NCBI GenBank assembly: GCA_002269645.1
Contig: NIVC01003970.1
Coordinates: 3,281 to 67,280, forward strand
Direction: 5' to 3'
Length of the DNA: 64,000 bases
Source: Macrostomum lignano
Lineage: Eukaryota
Positions 1 to 57,444 of this stretch are shown here, in pieces. Under the pieces are notes generated by a model that was not told the DNA's origin, did not search any database, and saw only the letters and a program-made list of their open reading frames with translations. The position numbers and the translations under genes were made by a program. The stretch's first letter is position 1; each line of letters opens with the position of its first letter.

Positions 1-1191
1 ACATGTATGTACCGCATCAATTTTTTGTGTTGCTTCGTGGTTCTATATGTGATACATCAGTCACAAAAAGAGTAATTTTACCATTCGCACTCAAGTACTG
101 ACTATTCTGTAAACAGATTTAGTATTTCAGTATACAAAAAAACTTAGGCCAGTAAGGAGATTTTTGGATACGCGGCTGTTACCTCGGGCACCGAGAAGCA
201 ATACCTGGCTCTCGGTCTGGTGGGCCCGGAATCGCACTCTTCCCCTCCCCACCGCGTCTGAGCCGAACCTATCTATAGTTGCACTCCATCTCCCCATTCT
301 TTCTACAGCGGCCTCTGCGTACCGAATTCTGTGTTTCTGCGTTTCCCGGGCAAACTTAGAGAATTGAGAATTGATAATATTTTATCTTCATTTTTTACGA
401 GTATTGGACACCAGCACCATTGGACCTTTGTAGCCTGGGGCTTAGCTAGTGGTCCCATACATGTTTTGTGTGAACGAAAGCCGTCCGCGGTTTGTATCAA
501 CAAATCTGAGTAAAAAATCAGGCAGGACAGGAAACCTACATGTAAGCGGCTCTCTCCGACTTGTCGCGCTCTGCGCCCAGAGTGCACTGCTCTCAGCTCA
601 AGTAAGTGCTGTATTCAAGGGACAGGCTGGCGCCAAGTCGCAAAGCGACCTCTCGCACCTTCTCTCGAACCCAGTCTGGCCAGAGCGGCAGAAAGCGCTT
701 TTACTTCGTCCTGATTCGCCACCGTAGGAGTACGTTCCGATTGCGGCCGCTGATACAACACGGCGGGATAAGAAGGTATGAGGGACTCAGAGTTAAAAAT
801 GCAAAAAGCTCAACAAAAACTGAACTCCAATCTGAGAGCAGACTGGAGAGCAACTTGATGAAAGCCACTCAACCGTTCTGAAGCTTAGGCTTGATGAACC
901 GCCTGAATAAATGATGCAATATTTATGCAGAAGGGAAATTTAGACACATGTTCGCCATTTCCCTTCGATACGGGGAGATGATCCAAGAGTGGTGAAATTT
1001 TCTCTGCTTTATAGTTTTATAGTTTCATTTTTAAGTTAAGTTTATTGTCAGAACGTAGTTTACATCAAATATCATATATACGCAATGAGATCTATTGATT
1101 ATATGCATCCTACATATAAAGCCACGAATTCTGCTAAGACATGAGCAATCACGGCTACGAGCGTAACAAACCAATCATTTTCTATTTTCAG

Positions 1192-44726
<43,535 letters not shown>

Positions 44727-44790
44727 CTTTTGCTTTATGAGCTAGTTATAAAACAGTGAGTCAAGTGTTTTAAAAAAGAATTTTTACTAA

Positions 44791-44796
44791 AATAAA
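44791..44796 (+). terminator. Candidate polyadenylation signal AATAAA
   Basis: 65 nt after the stop codon, followed by a GT/T-rich tract. Confidence 0.45.
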
Positions 44797-46648
44797 ACGT
44801 GTTTTTGTTTATTTGGTTTCAAAAAAAATTTTTTTTTATCAGTTATTATGTTAAATCGACTAGCTCTTAAAAACGAATGGTTATAGCCATGAACACCACT
44901 GCGTTCTCGCGCAGGCAAACAAAACACTTAGCAAAATACCCGCTTACCAAAATCACGCCCTTTTTATTATTCTTTAAAAAGGGAAGTAAGCAGAGAGAGG
45001 AGGGTTGGCCCATATTAGTACACTAAAGGAGAGAAAAATAAATGCACAATTAAATAAGTAAAACCCCAAAAATATAACAAAAAATGAACCTCCAGAACAG
45101 TTACGTTGTAAAATACGAGTATATGAATAAATAATTTAATTTTTTCATCCAATACAGATTTCCTCGTAATTAGGGCGGGATCAACCAGTTAACTCGTATC
45201 AACCAGTTTAGTAACCTCGATCGTAATGGCAAAACTTGAGTAATACCAAAAATATGCCTTTTCTTATGAATCTTATCGAAAATTTAACATTTTTAGGCAC
45301 ACGTATTTCAGTGATTTGTCTTGACAATGAGCCTATGTTGTAGATTATTAAAGTTTATATCTGAACCAGATTCTTGGGTTAATAGAGCTACGTGACCAAA
45401 CCTATGGCTGTGTTGGTTTTGCTACTTTTTTCTATCCGCGATATCGATTTGATCTAAAGTGTACTGAGCAGAAATCATTGCTATCCTATTTCCCAATATT
45501 GTCCGACAAAATAAAAACATAGATTTGTATTTTTTACATGTCAGTGCAACTTTTCTGGCTGATAGAAAGATGCTCTTTTTGCTTTTTGCTTGAAAACCAA
45601 TCTATAAATTTTGAACTAATTCTGAAAAAACTCATTTTTAACTCTCTTCTGAACTTGCGATTTATGTTTACAACTACTAGCGTTGAGCGAGTGAAAACTC
45701 GTGTATGCAAATAATTTCCTCGAATTTAGAATCGATGCGGAGATGCGAATAACTTATAGTACGCGCGTAGTACTGCGGAACATTAATTAGAAGTGTACTT
45801 TTCCTTGATCTATTTTATTCAGAATTATGTCTACGAGTCTTTTATAAGCAATGGAGCCATTTTATCAATACAACTAAAAACCAATAATCTTTTTTTAAAG
45901 CTAAATTTTCCTACAAATGATTTTCGAGGACAATGCCGTGGTCTGCATACGACTTTTTCACGTTATTTGTCTGTTAAACCCGTGACTGCTGGCAGGACGG
46001 TCTTTCCTCACCAGCCTATGAGTACGTGCTGTTGACAGTTAGTGCCGAAAAGCTTTCAAGGATGCCACACAAGGATGCTGTGTAGCATCTCTAAGTCAAT
46101 CGCAAAGCCGCGATTTCTAATCCAATCACAGCGGGGAGAGCAGCACACCGCTCTGATTTTCAATAAAGCAGGGGGCTATGTAAATAGAAGGTATGTCGCT
46201 GATGCTCTGCACAGGAATGCTTCTTCATTTGGCTACAATAATTTTGAGTTAGAGGTGCAAAGATCTGAATCGCAGTCTTTAGTACTACTGAGTGTTTGAC
46301 AACTCTAACTGTACTCATGAACCACTAGAAAGAACCAATCGAATTTAGTCAATCAGCTCAAGATAATTCTGGCTCAGATTTCCAACATTCGGATTAAAAC
46401 TACAATGCTCTACATATAGACTTACTAGCCCGAGCAAAGGACAGCAATTTGAATTAGCGTTAAATTACTTTTGAGCTACAAACGCCAATTATATTTTATT
46501 TTATTGTTTAGCTATCCCCAGGTGTGATCAATCAATCCAAGAAGCCGATTTAGTATGGCTAAATAAAACACCCACTGAGTTATTGGGAGTGAAGGTGAGG
46601 GACTGTTGGGCGCTCCCTGCGTGAATGTCCCGCATGCATGGTGAACAG

Positions 46649-46753
46649 AATTTAATCGACCCTGATCAATTGAGTCTGCGGCTACTTCTCTTGACTGTCT
46701 GCCCTCCTGGGGTTGCAGCGAGAGGGGTGGATAGCTCACATCCATTTACCTTT
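46649..46753. repeat. Dispersed about 105-bp repeat, copy 1 (copy 2 at 48928-49024)
   Basis: aatttaatcgacc...acttctcttgactgtc.gccctcctggg..gcgagaggg.tggata.ctcacat shared with substitutions. Confidence 0.8.
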
Positions 46754-48108
46754 GCGAGGTACCGTCTTTAAGCGAGGACAGAGAGGAAAAGCGATCGGAA
46801 AACGAGCATGGGCCACTAAATGCCCTTTATAAAATTCAAACAAACAAACTTCAACACCCGTTTTTCCTACTTCACCTTAAATCCGTATAATGCTCGCACG
46901 ACTGCCAGTTAAATTGAGTTTCTTAACCGGATATTACCGCTAAAACCATATTTTTATTTATACCCTCGCACACTCGTATTTACACTTTATTTGCACTAGA
47001 ATATTGTATACCGCAACCATATATTGTAATAGCAGGGGTAGGTAGCCAATTAGCTAAAGTTCCTATCGACAATAAGCTTATCTCGTAATTGACGACAAAT
47101 TCTTTTTGAGCCAAAACTGCCAATTAAATTTTAAATCATTGTAAGCTATTCTTGAGCGTAGTGACGTGATCAATCAATTAAAGAAAAAGATCCGCATTTT
47201 CCACACAGCCAATTAAGCTAATTAAGATTCAACAGTTGAGTGGCAAAGCCTGTTGCCGCTGCAATGTTACTTGTGGAGGGGGAGTTTTTGGAATTTCATG
47301 CGCAGTCTGTGCTGTTGACAATCCTGGGATAGTGTCACATTTGGTATTTTAAAGCCAAAGTGAAGTGAAACGAAAGCGCCGTTAGCAAGAGGATGGGAGA
47401 AATCAGCCGACACGCATTTCTTGCGTCCAGCCAAGCGTCCAGCCTTGGCAACAACTCCCCAGATACACAAGATCTTCATGCCTAAAAATAGCCCTGATGA
47501 TCGGCGAGCGAGAAGCCCAGCGATGCGACCCTCGCATGATGCACGAATCTCCTCTGGCCGACGGCTCCTATTGGGCCTCCACATTCCACTGTGTTCCCCT
47601 ATTCCTCCTTGCTCGAGTACTGTGTGTTACATGTAGCTTATAAAATACGAGCTATACTGATTGAAGAGGAAAGATCCTCGCCCCCTGAAGTTTGAGAATG
47701 TGACTCTAGAGATCACACAGAGAAAGTACCATCGAGTCCATTGTTCGTTGTCTTCCTGAACTGTTTACAGAAGGAAACGATTATATGGGAAAAAACCCCG
47801 TATAAATTGTTGTTTCAAAAGCAAGGCAGACAGAGCACATGAATAGAAAACCCGGAGCATCTCATCCCCAATGCACGACGCATACCGCACCCCTAACACC
47901 TTCGCAGCGGGACAGAGGCACCGGCCTCAGCCAGTTAAACCGATTACAGAGCAGGCAAAAACTGGCCCTGGGATCGTACATTACAGACGTGGGATTTAGG
48001 TCATTAAGTTGAGTCGTTATTTGGTATTTGTCTAAATGGTTGCCCGTTGCCTCAGGCTCCAATCCCTGCAAGAAAAAGCTCCGCTCTCCCCGAAACTAGT
48101 ACGAAATC

Positions 48109-48508
48109 GGCTCGGGCAGGCAAAATGGCTTCGTCCCCTCAGAACCGGTATTGGACTGGCTCGGGCAAGCAAAATGGAGCTTCGTCCCCTCAGAACCGGT
48201 ATTGGACTGGCTCAGGCAGGCAAAATGGAGCTTCGTCCCCTCAGAACCGGTATTGGACTGGCTCAGGCAGGCAAAATGGAGCTTCGTCCCCTCAGAACCG
48301 GTATTGGACTGGCTCAGGCAGGCAAAATGGAGCTTCGTCCCTCAGAACCGGTATTGGACTGGCTCAGGCAGGCAAAATGGAGCTTCGTCCCCTCAGAACC
48401 GGTATTGGACTGGCTCAGGCAGGCAAAATGGAGCTTCGTCCCCTCAGAACCGGTATTGGACTGGCTCAGGCAGGCAAAATGGAGCTTCGTCCCCTCAGAA
48501 CCGGTATT
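48109..48508 (+). repeat. 51-bp minisatellite x8
   Basis: ggctcaggcaggcaaaatggagcttcgtcccctcagaaccggtattggact repeated, one unit with a 1-nt deletion. Confidence 0.95.
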
Positions 48509-49016
48509 CGAATGGCTATACGTAAGGTTCAATGCATTTCTAGCCTTCCTCATCTCCGTGGTCCGTGGTTCTGCAGTCCGCCCCATCTCTTCGCTCTAAT
48601 TTTGCTGGCGCTCCTCACTGTGGGTTGTAATTCAGTTATCCCTACTTTATCTATCTTTCCAGGTATAAAATTTCTAGCATCCCCTGTTGCCTCTCTGTCC
48701 TATTTTGCAAGCACATAATTATTCCACTGTAAAACTAATTGTATTGTAATATAATGTGTAATATATATTAGAATAATATATGCATTCATACATGTAGGCT
48801 ATCGCAGCAGGAAGCTACATTGTCAAATTTAAACTCCTTCTCAGCTGAGGCAACCCTCCGTCTGTGACAGCGCAAAAGACAATAAAAATATTTTTCATGC
48901 CCCGACGGGAGTTGAACAGATGAAGCCAATTTAATCGACCAATTGAGTATGCGGCCACTTCTCTTGACTGTCCGCCCTCCTGGGTTTGAGCGAGAGGGAT
49001 GGATATCTCACATTCA

Positions 49017-49030
49017 GTTACCTTAGCAAC
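49017..49030. promoter_or_regulatory. RFX X-box candidate GTTACCTTAGCAAC
   Basis: Exact match to GTNRCC-N2-RGYAAC, 194 bp upstream of the ATG at 49224. Confidence 0.6.
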
Positions 49031-49223
49031 CATTTGTACACCCTTTTTATTTATATAGTCAACTGGTAAACGTTAGCCTAATGCTATATAGAGCTCATGC
49101 AACCCGACGCAGTCGTGCATACGTGTTCAACCAACTGAAGCACTACAAAACCGTTTTATTCAATTGAAAAAAAATTGAAATTGAAAAGTTGCTGTAGAGA
49201 GACAAAAAATTCGGCGAGCAAAA

Positions 49224-52200
49224 ATGCTGCGCGCCACTTTTCTACTGCTATTCACCTGTTTGCTACTGCTGGCAGTCGTACTGGAAAGCCAGGCTAAGTA
49301 CTGTAAGTACTGCTGCTGAGATTCTTTTTAAAAATAGATGGCTAAATCTTCAAATTGGCTAAATCTAGCTATCTACATGTAAACTACAAGTAAGAATAAT
49401 GCTTTACTGCATAGTCTACTGATTGCAGTATGTTAATACATAACAGGTTTGGGTAAAAGTATCTTTTAAATAATTTGAAGTTCGTGGCTTAAGCTTTTCA
49501 ATAAAAACGACAACTACTGAAGCTAAAAAAGTATATCCAAGGACCACTTGAAGATTACGTTATAGTCCCGTCGGTCTACTTTAGTAGTCCGTGGTTATAT
49601 CATGAAAGGGTAATCTATTAAACATACTTGTATCTATATAGTCAATAGTCACAACTAGCATTTTGTAAGGAGGTCAGGTGAGCAGCCAACGGCACATCCG
49701 CTGCGATTGTGCAGCGCATCTGAGCGCTGTTTGTGCTATGCGCTGCAGTGTTAAAACTGTTGTCAATCCTAACTCCAACTCCGTTTTTCTATCGCAGATT
49801 GAGCTGAAGCGAAGCAAAACTTTCTGTCAGATTTATCCACAGAATTGACAATAATTATCCTTTCTTCCTAATTTCCTCTATGTAATTTTGCATTTAGTTG
49901 TCCCCAATTGGGCCGTTTTACTTTCCTGTTGGGTGCATGATCTATTTAGAGCGTATAATTTTTTCACGATCGATATTTTAGACATCTGCGTGCGCGTGGC
50001 GAACGAAGAGGTCCAGTTTACGAGCTATTACTTTAAATATATAGTCTGCCCCTCGCCTCGGTTTATTGCCTTCATTCTATCTCTCTCCGACTTCACGACC
50101 GCCTGTTGCTAAATTTGGCTTTAAGTGCTAGTCATTTCCGTCTTCCTTATTTGTCCTACTAAGCTCACGATGCCTATTTTAAAGTTTGATGACTCTAATA
50201 TGCTAGAATAGGGAGAATACGCTACCCTACTTAGCTAGCAACCCAGTAGATCTTATTCAATTAGTATAACCTACTTGAAATGACTAGTTCTCTATCCACC
50301 ACTTGTCACTGCTCTGAAACCCGCAGTCTGCACGCCTCCGTGGACTCAGCACTTCGAACGCTGCATCCGTCTGTTCACCAGCGGCATCGGCCAGCCTGCC
50401 GCTGCAGCCAGCTGTGCCGGAATGGGAAAATCTGGAACTCTATTTGCCCCGAGATCGAGGGAAGATCTTACAATACTTGGTCAAGTCGAATGGCTCCACT
50501 GGAACATTTGGGTTGGGGTCACCAGGAACGTCTCGCATAACAACCGGTTCTTTGACTCTGAGGGAAATCCAGTTCCGGACGATCTGTTCTATCTCGGGTT
50601 GACCGATGGAGGTGGGCTCGATTGCGCCTCCTACAACACGGATTTTAGCCGTTTGTACCTTCAAAACTGCTCAATGAAGCAGTATTTTCTGTGCCAGACA
50701 CCGGCTATGACTACTAATGGTGAGAAAACTATTAGTATGTACAATGCAGCTTTGAAAAACAATACCCAATATTACCCAAAATATCCAATGTTCCAGATAC
50801 ATGCTCTCCATCATTTTTGACACTCGCAACCGATATCGACGTTAGTGGAAGCGATGATGGCATAAACGAATTCACAGGATTGGCATCTTACGGTCCGCTG
50901 TATTTTTTCTATCAAATTCAAAACGGAAATTCTGATGCTTTTGGAATGACGTACTGTGGAGTGAGTTCCAGAAATGCGTGAACGTACAATAAAATTATTT
51001 TGCAACTTTTATGCTTGTTACAATTTATTTATTTTACTAATTACCAATGAAAAACTGGACAGGCAAGTGCGTGCGGTTCGATTGCGAGAGACAGATACAA
51101 GTTCTGGCGAACCAGCGGTGCCTCGTATCCATTGGCCACTACAGGGTCATCGAGCTGGAGGGCGTACGAATATATTTGTTTGAGTAAGCCAGCAGATAAA
51201 AGTTTCCTTGCTTATGGGCCAACCCCCAAGGCGCAGTGAAGTGTACATGCGTAACGATAAATAAAGTCAGGGCCGCTGTAAACTCCCGTGTGAGTGTGTG
51301 CCTGTGCGTATGACTGCGTACGTATTCGCGCGCTTGTGTGCCTCTTCAGGGGGTCGGCAGAATGGGCAGTAATGCCTCTCGCCGGTTGTGTGACAATGAG
51401 GCTTAAAGTGCGCCAGGTTGCACACAGCTTCTAATAAAAAAGGGTGGCAAAAAACTTTCATCGGCAAAGCTTGCACTAAATGACAAGGATCTTTTATTAA
51501 AACTGTTTAGAGATTTTATTAGAGATAAAAATGACTCGCAAAAAAAAAATTCGCAAAGCTTTCTAGATATTTTACTTCCTAGAAAAAAGTTTATTTAATA
51601 TCAATTTGTTTATTATCTACGAGCCAGACGCTTGTCAATTTCCAAACTCTGAATTTACTTTGTCGAACCTGATCTGTACACTGCAGTTGACAGCCATTGG
51701 AACTTATTTCAGTAATGTATAGGGATTTTCGCAAATTTATGTTAGAGTCATTTTTCCCTATCTAAATCTAGGTTAGGTTTCATTATTTAAACCAAATTCA
51801 GATCCAGTTTTGAAACAAACAAAAAATTATTTGTAAGTAGCAGAATTAGTATATTCCTGTTTTCTGACAAGTTTTACACCTTCATTTGTCACATGGATTC
51901 ATTGCCTGAACGGCACTGGAACCCTGACAAATGCTGCTGCTCATGGCGGGATGGCTGAGATGTCAAGTCTCACAAGGGAATTGCTGAGATTTTTCAAGAC
52001 TTATGAGGTGATTACTGAAATCCTTTGGCTCATGGGGGATGCCAGGGGTCGATTGGGAGTTGTTGGTAGGCCAAGCATCAAATGGAGAGTTGGGATTAAA
52101 GAGACGCTTTAATGTCAAAGTTCGTAAGGACTGATGCTTTTTGCTTAAAACATCATTTTCCCTTAGACACTAACAAAAGCGACTGTACAAGATCATAAAG

Positions 52201-55200
52201 GGGAATTGCTGAAATGCATTTTGAATTACGACTATAAATGAGCCAGTGAGCCATTCTGCATGGTTAAAACTGAATGATAATTCAATTCTAAGGTAATCAA
52301 TTCCAAGGCAATTCTAAGGAATGGGGTCAATTCAAGGGAATGAGGGGTCAATTCAAAGAATTGGGGTCAATTTAGCGGGATTGGGGGTTCATTCAGGGAA
52401 ATAAAGGTCTCGAGCGTACTTCGAAAATCAGTCTTAACCTCTAACCCCTGATCCCTTGCTGATTAGACAGACGATTGAAATGAGTTTATACCCTATTCCT
52501 ATATCCTATCCTGTATCCTGTATCCTATTCTCTGAGCATTTTCTACAAAAATCAATATAAATGCATTATATTTTTCGTTCTTACGCTTAAACCTGGCCTA
52601 TGACTAAAAATACTTTCTATTGCAGAAGATGGAGAACGAATTCCTCTGCTCTTTGGCATCCCAGGAAAACTGAATGTCAGCTTCACCGCTTCATCTTTTA
52701 TCAACTACGCCAGACCTGAGTACGTGCTACTAAATAACACCTTTAGGACTGGAAGTAAGCATCACAAATTTTTCACAATTTCATCCGAATATATGACGCG
52801 CGGGCGTTCGAATACATTTTTTATACTCATACTAACGCAGGTCACCGAGTGTGCAAATGGTACCGGGAGTACTACGGCGATCTGGACGTGAATCAGAACG
52901 GCGAAGCCTGCATTCCGTACAGCGCCTGGCCCGCTGCCACAAATAAGTGCAGGACATGTGAGCTGGCATCATTTGTCAACTATTTTAGTACTACCTATGC
53001 AGGCGCACTTTGGCTATAAATACCGCAAAACCATATTTTCAGCATCCTTGTCGATAACTTGCGTTAACAGTGCTGTTTCCCGGGTAGCTTGTGAAGTGCC
53101 GGATTGCTGTAAGAATCAATACTTACTTTTTTGGAACTCATTTCTATTTAAATATTAAATCCTATTCAAATTTATCAACTAATTTTAAGCGGAATTTTAA
53201 CATAAAAAGTTTATTGAAGTATTCACAATTCCCAGCAACCAGAACCTACTCAAGCGTGAACTACTACAGTGGAAGGGGAATGCAGAGCATGTTCGCTGAG
53301 TTTTTCATGAACAAGAAAGTGAAGCTGTCATACACATACGAAACCAGCGGCTTCAGTCTTATTCAGACTAGCAACTACGAGTCAACTGTGACAGCTGAAA
53401 GCATCTACTACGTACTGATTGACTTGAAGACTCCAACGTTTGTTACACTCATAATTCCTTACACTACCTCAGGTATGTTTTGCCTAACAGTGTTTTGAAG
53501 TCAGGCACAGGACACAAACAGCTAGTGTAAAATATGCAAATTATGTTTTCAGTAAATCAAATGAAATGCATCTGGTCCGGAGTGTCGAACACGTGGAACT
53601 CCAGTCTGGACGAAGCGGCCTTCGACGGTTGGACGTCGTGCGGTGTTCAAGAGAGAGCTGACCCAAGCGACGGCCATTTGTTCTTCCACTGCCCGCCTGG
53701 CACCATCGGCAGATACGCGGTGATTACTAGGAGAAAGAGCTGCGGCTACCACACTGTTGACCAAGTGAAGATTTACGGAGATCACTGTAAGTCCGTTCAG
53801 GCAGAAAAATAGGGACAGATGCTTCAAGTAAAATACGAAAAGTGGGATTTCAATTAAAACAAATGTTTTCAGATTACGACGTAAACTTCATCCCCGGAAG
53901 CTCATTCGTCAACCGGATCCCTGAGTCAATGGAAAAGGACCTGCAGACAAATAGGAACGTCACATTTTCCACCCTGATTCGGGACACATACGCAGACTTC
54001 TTCCTCACCGCGGGAACAACATACAGCAGCATGCTTGATCAGGTACGAGTTGTATTGGTTTAACTTTCTGGAAGGAATGCCTTAGAAAAGTTCAAATGAT
54101 ATTGCAATGACTTCTATATCTCGCAGCTAATCATGCAGTGTAGTATCATCAAACATTCTCAAAATTTTATTGACTGTCGTAAGAGCCTTATCTTTAAGCA
54201 CAGCTAGAATGCACCTCAACTTTAAATTTTTTCTGCTTATACGTTCAATAAAGCACTACAGCTTATGAAGCCCCAATGTATACTTTACCTAAATATCTAG
54301 GATGCACATAAGTTGACTTTTATTTTATTTAGCTGGTTAAGCCTGATCGAAGCATCAAGGAAATAGAAGGAACTCAGGGCTTCACTTATTCGTTCTGACA
54401 GCGAGCGCTTTCCTATGAAATTTTCGAAGATTCACCCAATTAGCGTGTAGTTACAATTTTCCAAGAAATCAGCAATTACTCCAAACCGAAACTGTTTTCA
54501 GAGAATCCGGTTTCGACTCACTGGGGACTCCGCATCGAACGTGCTGTGGATCTCGAACGGCTGGGTGCTGAACAAAGCCATCAGCTCCAGCGAGATCCCA
54601 CTGAACGCGGTGTTTCTCCTCAACAAGACGAGCACCCTTGCTCAGATGGGAAGTCAGAACGTATTCGACTTTCACGATTTGTCGTTCAAGTTTGAGTACA
54701 ACAGCAGCGCTGATGAGAATCTCACCATTGAAGCCTACATCGATTCGACTCTAGTGGGCGTGTTTTCCGACCCGAGCGATGCCGTCAACTTCACCATAAA
54801 CTCTGCCGGCTTCTCCAAGAAGCCGAGCGACACCGAGTACAACGGAGTGGCGGTGCAGTTCCCTGGCGTGCCGAGTGAGCAATTTGAGCTGGTTTGTACT
54901 AAAATATTATTATCTTCATGGTATCCTCATGTACTCTTTTATTTCAGACTCAATCAATTCTGGGTTTTGGCAGCCGTCTTCTTTTTTTCAAGACTATCAA
55001 GACTGGCATCAGGTTGGCTTTTTTGCTCTTTTTCCGTTACATTTCACTAAAGAAAAGCTATATAGAATAGATACATTTTTCAGGTAACCTTCACATCCCT
55101 GGTATGGGTTTACTACGCTGGGTACGGCCGGGGCTCGGACTCTGCTGATCAAGACCTGGGAGCCAGAGAAGCTTACCGACTTTGGTCTGCTGACCTCAAA

Positions 55201-57260
55201 ACTTGGATTCCTCTTGACATCGGTGTCGATGGCTATAGCGTGCCAATTTTCATCAGCACTAGTGTCTGGCATACAAATTTTATTTCGATGAAGCCGCCAA
55301 AGCTATTACTGGGGATGCGGCATATTCAAGCAGAGCTCAGCGGGAACTACCAATTAAGGTTCATGTTGTATGGAAGGCTAGCCGATGGTAAGCTTTGCTT
55401 CTGGATTTACAAGTTACGATTATGTTCACTTTGAGGGCTTTCCTGTCTAATAGGCACTGAAATAATTTGAGTAATACTACTAGTAATACTCATACTTAGT
55501 AATAATATTTGAGCAATAGTATCATTTAAAGTAGTTGCATGTTAAAGGATGTCCATATCTATAGTGTTAGAAATTCCAGTCAAACTGCTTTTTGTATGCA
55601 GATTGATTGTTGAAATTTATAAAAAATGTAGTAACCACTCATAAAAACTTAAAAAATTTCATGTACTTCGTCGACTGATCCTTGCAGAGATAAACGGAGG
55701 CGCTCAATTTCCATGGCTGATCTCTCGAAACCAGCCGGTCCAGCTTTCTTCTCAATACAGCAGCACCCATCCTGGATACAGGGCCACGGATGGTGTGACA
55801 AATACGTACGGTAATACACATTCTTACTTCATCGTCACATCGAGCAGTGTACTGCGATGGGCCTATGTGGACATGATTGTACCAAGGAACCTCTCCTATG
55901 TCGTTGTCTACACAAGGAACGCTGGAGATGCCCGTAAGATGGCTTTACTTTAGTTTGATAGAGCCGTGAAAATTATCATACATATAACCAAATGTTCATA
56001 ATACGAGTATGCTTCATTGAAAACTTTCAAGCAGACTAATTCTCTACGAAAAGCGTTTTGAACTGCATTGCAGATATTTACACTATCCGGAACACCGAGT
56101 ACTTTGCTCAACTGTCCCTTATGGCTGGAATTCCCACATTTGCTGAAGCTGACCTGTGCTATCGTCAGGGCAACACGTATCAAAAGCCCGATGATTTAAA
56201 GTACATTGACTACTTGATGTTTCCGTGTCAGAAAGTGAGTTTGCACTCAACTTATTGAGTGGAATAGTAATTAGAGTATTTTATTTTGAGCGCTTTTTCT
56301 CACCTGGTGAATTATTCAGAGCGCGCAGTACCTTACGGTACGCAAAAACGATGGAATCTCGGAGTACTTGAGCATCGCTGAAATTGAGGTTTTCGGAACT
56401 CTGCATGGTTAGTTTTGCGTGACTTAATAAATAAGCGTAGGGTACTCGTACTCTAACAAAAAAATTTGATAGCTCACTATTTGACTTCAATTTCTTTTAG
56501 CCGATCCGCAGCTGAACGCCCTGGCCCAGATGCCGATGGGTCTGGGCGAGTTCGTTCACTTCGAGTGGATGGTGTCAGGCAACACGCAGAACCTGGGAGG
56601 CCTCTTCTCCCTGCCCCTGTCAGCTGCCGAGACTCCGTTCGTAGAAAGTGCCCTGCGATTTGAGTCACTCGGCACGACAGAATCCTATGTTCGATTCTAC
56701 TTCCCCATCAGCATGACTGTCACCGGCATGATTGCTCAGGGCAGCGGCAAGCGCTCCAAAGGCTTGCGCGGCAGCCCTAATAGCTACAGGCTGCGTTATT
56801 CATTGAATAAAAATTATTTGAAAATGCAAAACGTACTGGACCAGGCAAATAACATAGTGAGTGATTTTTTGTTGTGAGCAATGTCCGGTTTCGTCTACTG
56901 ATAAGTAGAAAGTATAGACTATGGCGCGAAAAACTTACAGGGCGGGCAAAGAAATGTTGCCTTGCGAGAGCACTGAATAAATTTGGTAGTTTTACTCGTA
57001 GTAGCGTAATGCATGATTCATAAATGTATTAGACCCTGCAGCGTAATTTGAATGAAGCTGTTGGAAGACAATAGTAATTTTCATAAATCTGAAACCTCAA
57101 TTTCAGATTACATTCCAAACGATTCGTTACGCTGACACCATTTCTGGAATAAACTACTTGCCGAGACCAATAGAGACACAGCTGCTCGAGGCAATTCTGA
57201 CCAGCAGCTGGAGTTCGAATAGTTGGAAGCTTGAGATACTGGGATTTCCATCGGCTACTC
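49224..57260 (+). CDS. Polycystin-1-like gene copy B, 5' part (about 18 exons): signal peptide and supermodule 1
   Basis: Exon 1 MLRATFLLLFTCLLLLAVVLESQAKY (49224-49302); CTL 50327-50719; PAN-like 50797-50960 and 51063-51183; discoidin stub 52626-52754; kringle 52841-53108; FTP 53236-53786; Methyltransf_FA-like 53873-54874; discoidin C-half 54948-55387; FTP 55688-56407; discoidin 56501-57260; phases compatible throughout. Confidence 0.88.
51215..51441 (+). mobile_element. 5'-truncated relative of the SINE at 26698 (shared 3' tail)
   Basis: gccaac.cccaaggcgcagt.aagtgtacatgc.taacgataa...gcttaaagtgcgccagg.tgcacac...ctaataaaaa matches 26835-27035. Confidence 0.75.
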
Positions 57261-57310
57261 GTAAGTTCTGATGAGCATATTACAATTCAGTAAAAATGTT
57301 GGGATTGTAA

Positions 57311-57444
57311 CAAGGACCATTAGAAGTTACTATGGTATCAGGACGTAGCACGCTCAAAGTCGTATTACAAAAGCGAGTCTTTAAAACGATCTGAAATGTG
57401 CAAGTGTTACGTCCTGATATAACGGTAACTTCTAGTGGTCCTTG
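57311..57444. mobile_element. MITE-like hairpin with about 41-bp imperfect terminal inverted repeats
   Basis: caaggaccattagaagttactatggtatcaggacgtagcac (57311-57351) versus the reverse complement of 57404-57444, caaggaccactagaagttaccgttatatcaggacgtaacac; a related arm starts at 49538. Confidence 0.65.

Noticed and set aside
164-881. Short ORFs in the first intron
   Set aside because: They are not conserved between the two copies (indels and stops) and lack motifs
46649-46753. Dispersed repeat as an HDV-like ribozyme or snRNA
   Set aside because: I could not build the P1/P2 pairings or match any snRNA motif on either strand
48036-48718. Repetitive ORFs open in all three + frames
   Set aside because: Produced by a stop-free 51-bp minisatellite; a 1-nt deletion in one unit swaps frames, and there is no splice or domain support
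52270-52400. Degenerate ggaatggggtcaattcaa repeats
   Set aside because: Low-complexity intronic minisatellite with no evidence of function
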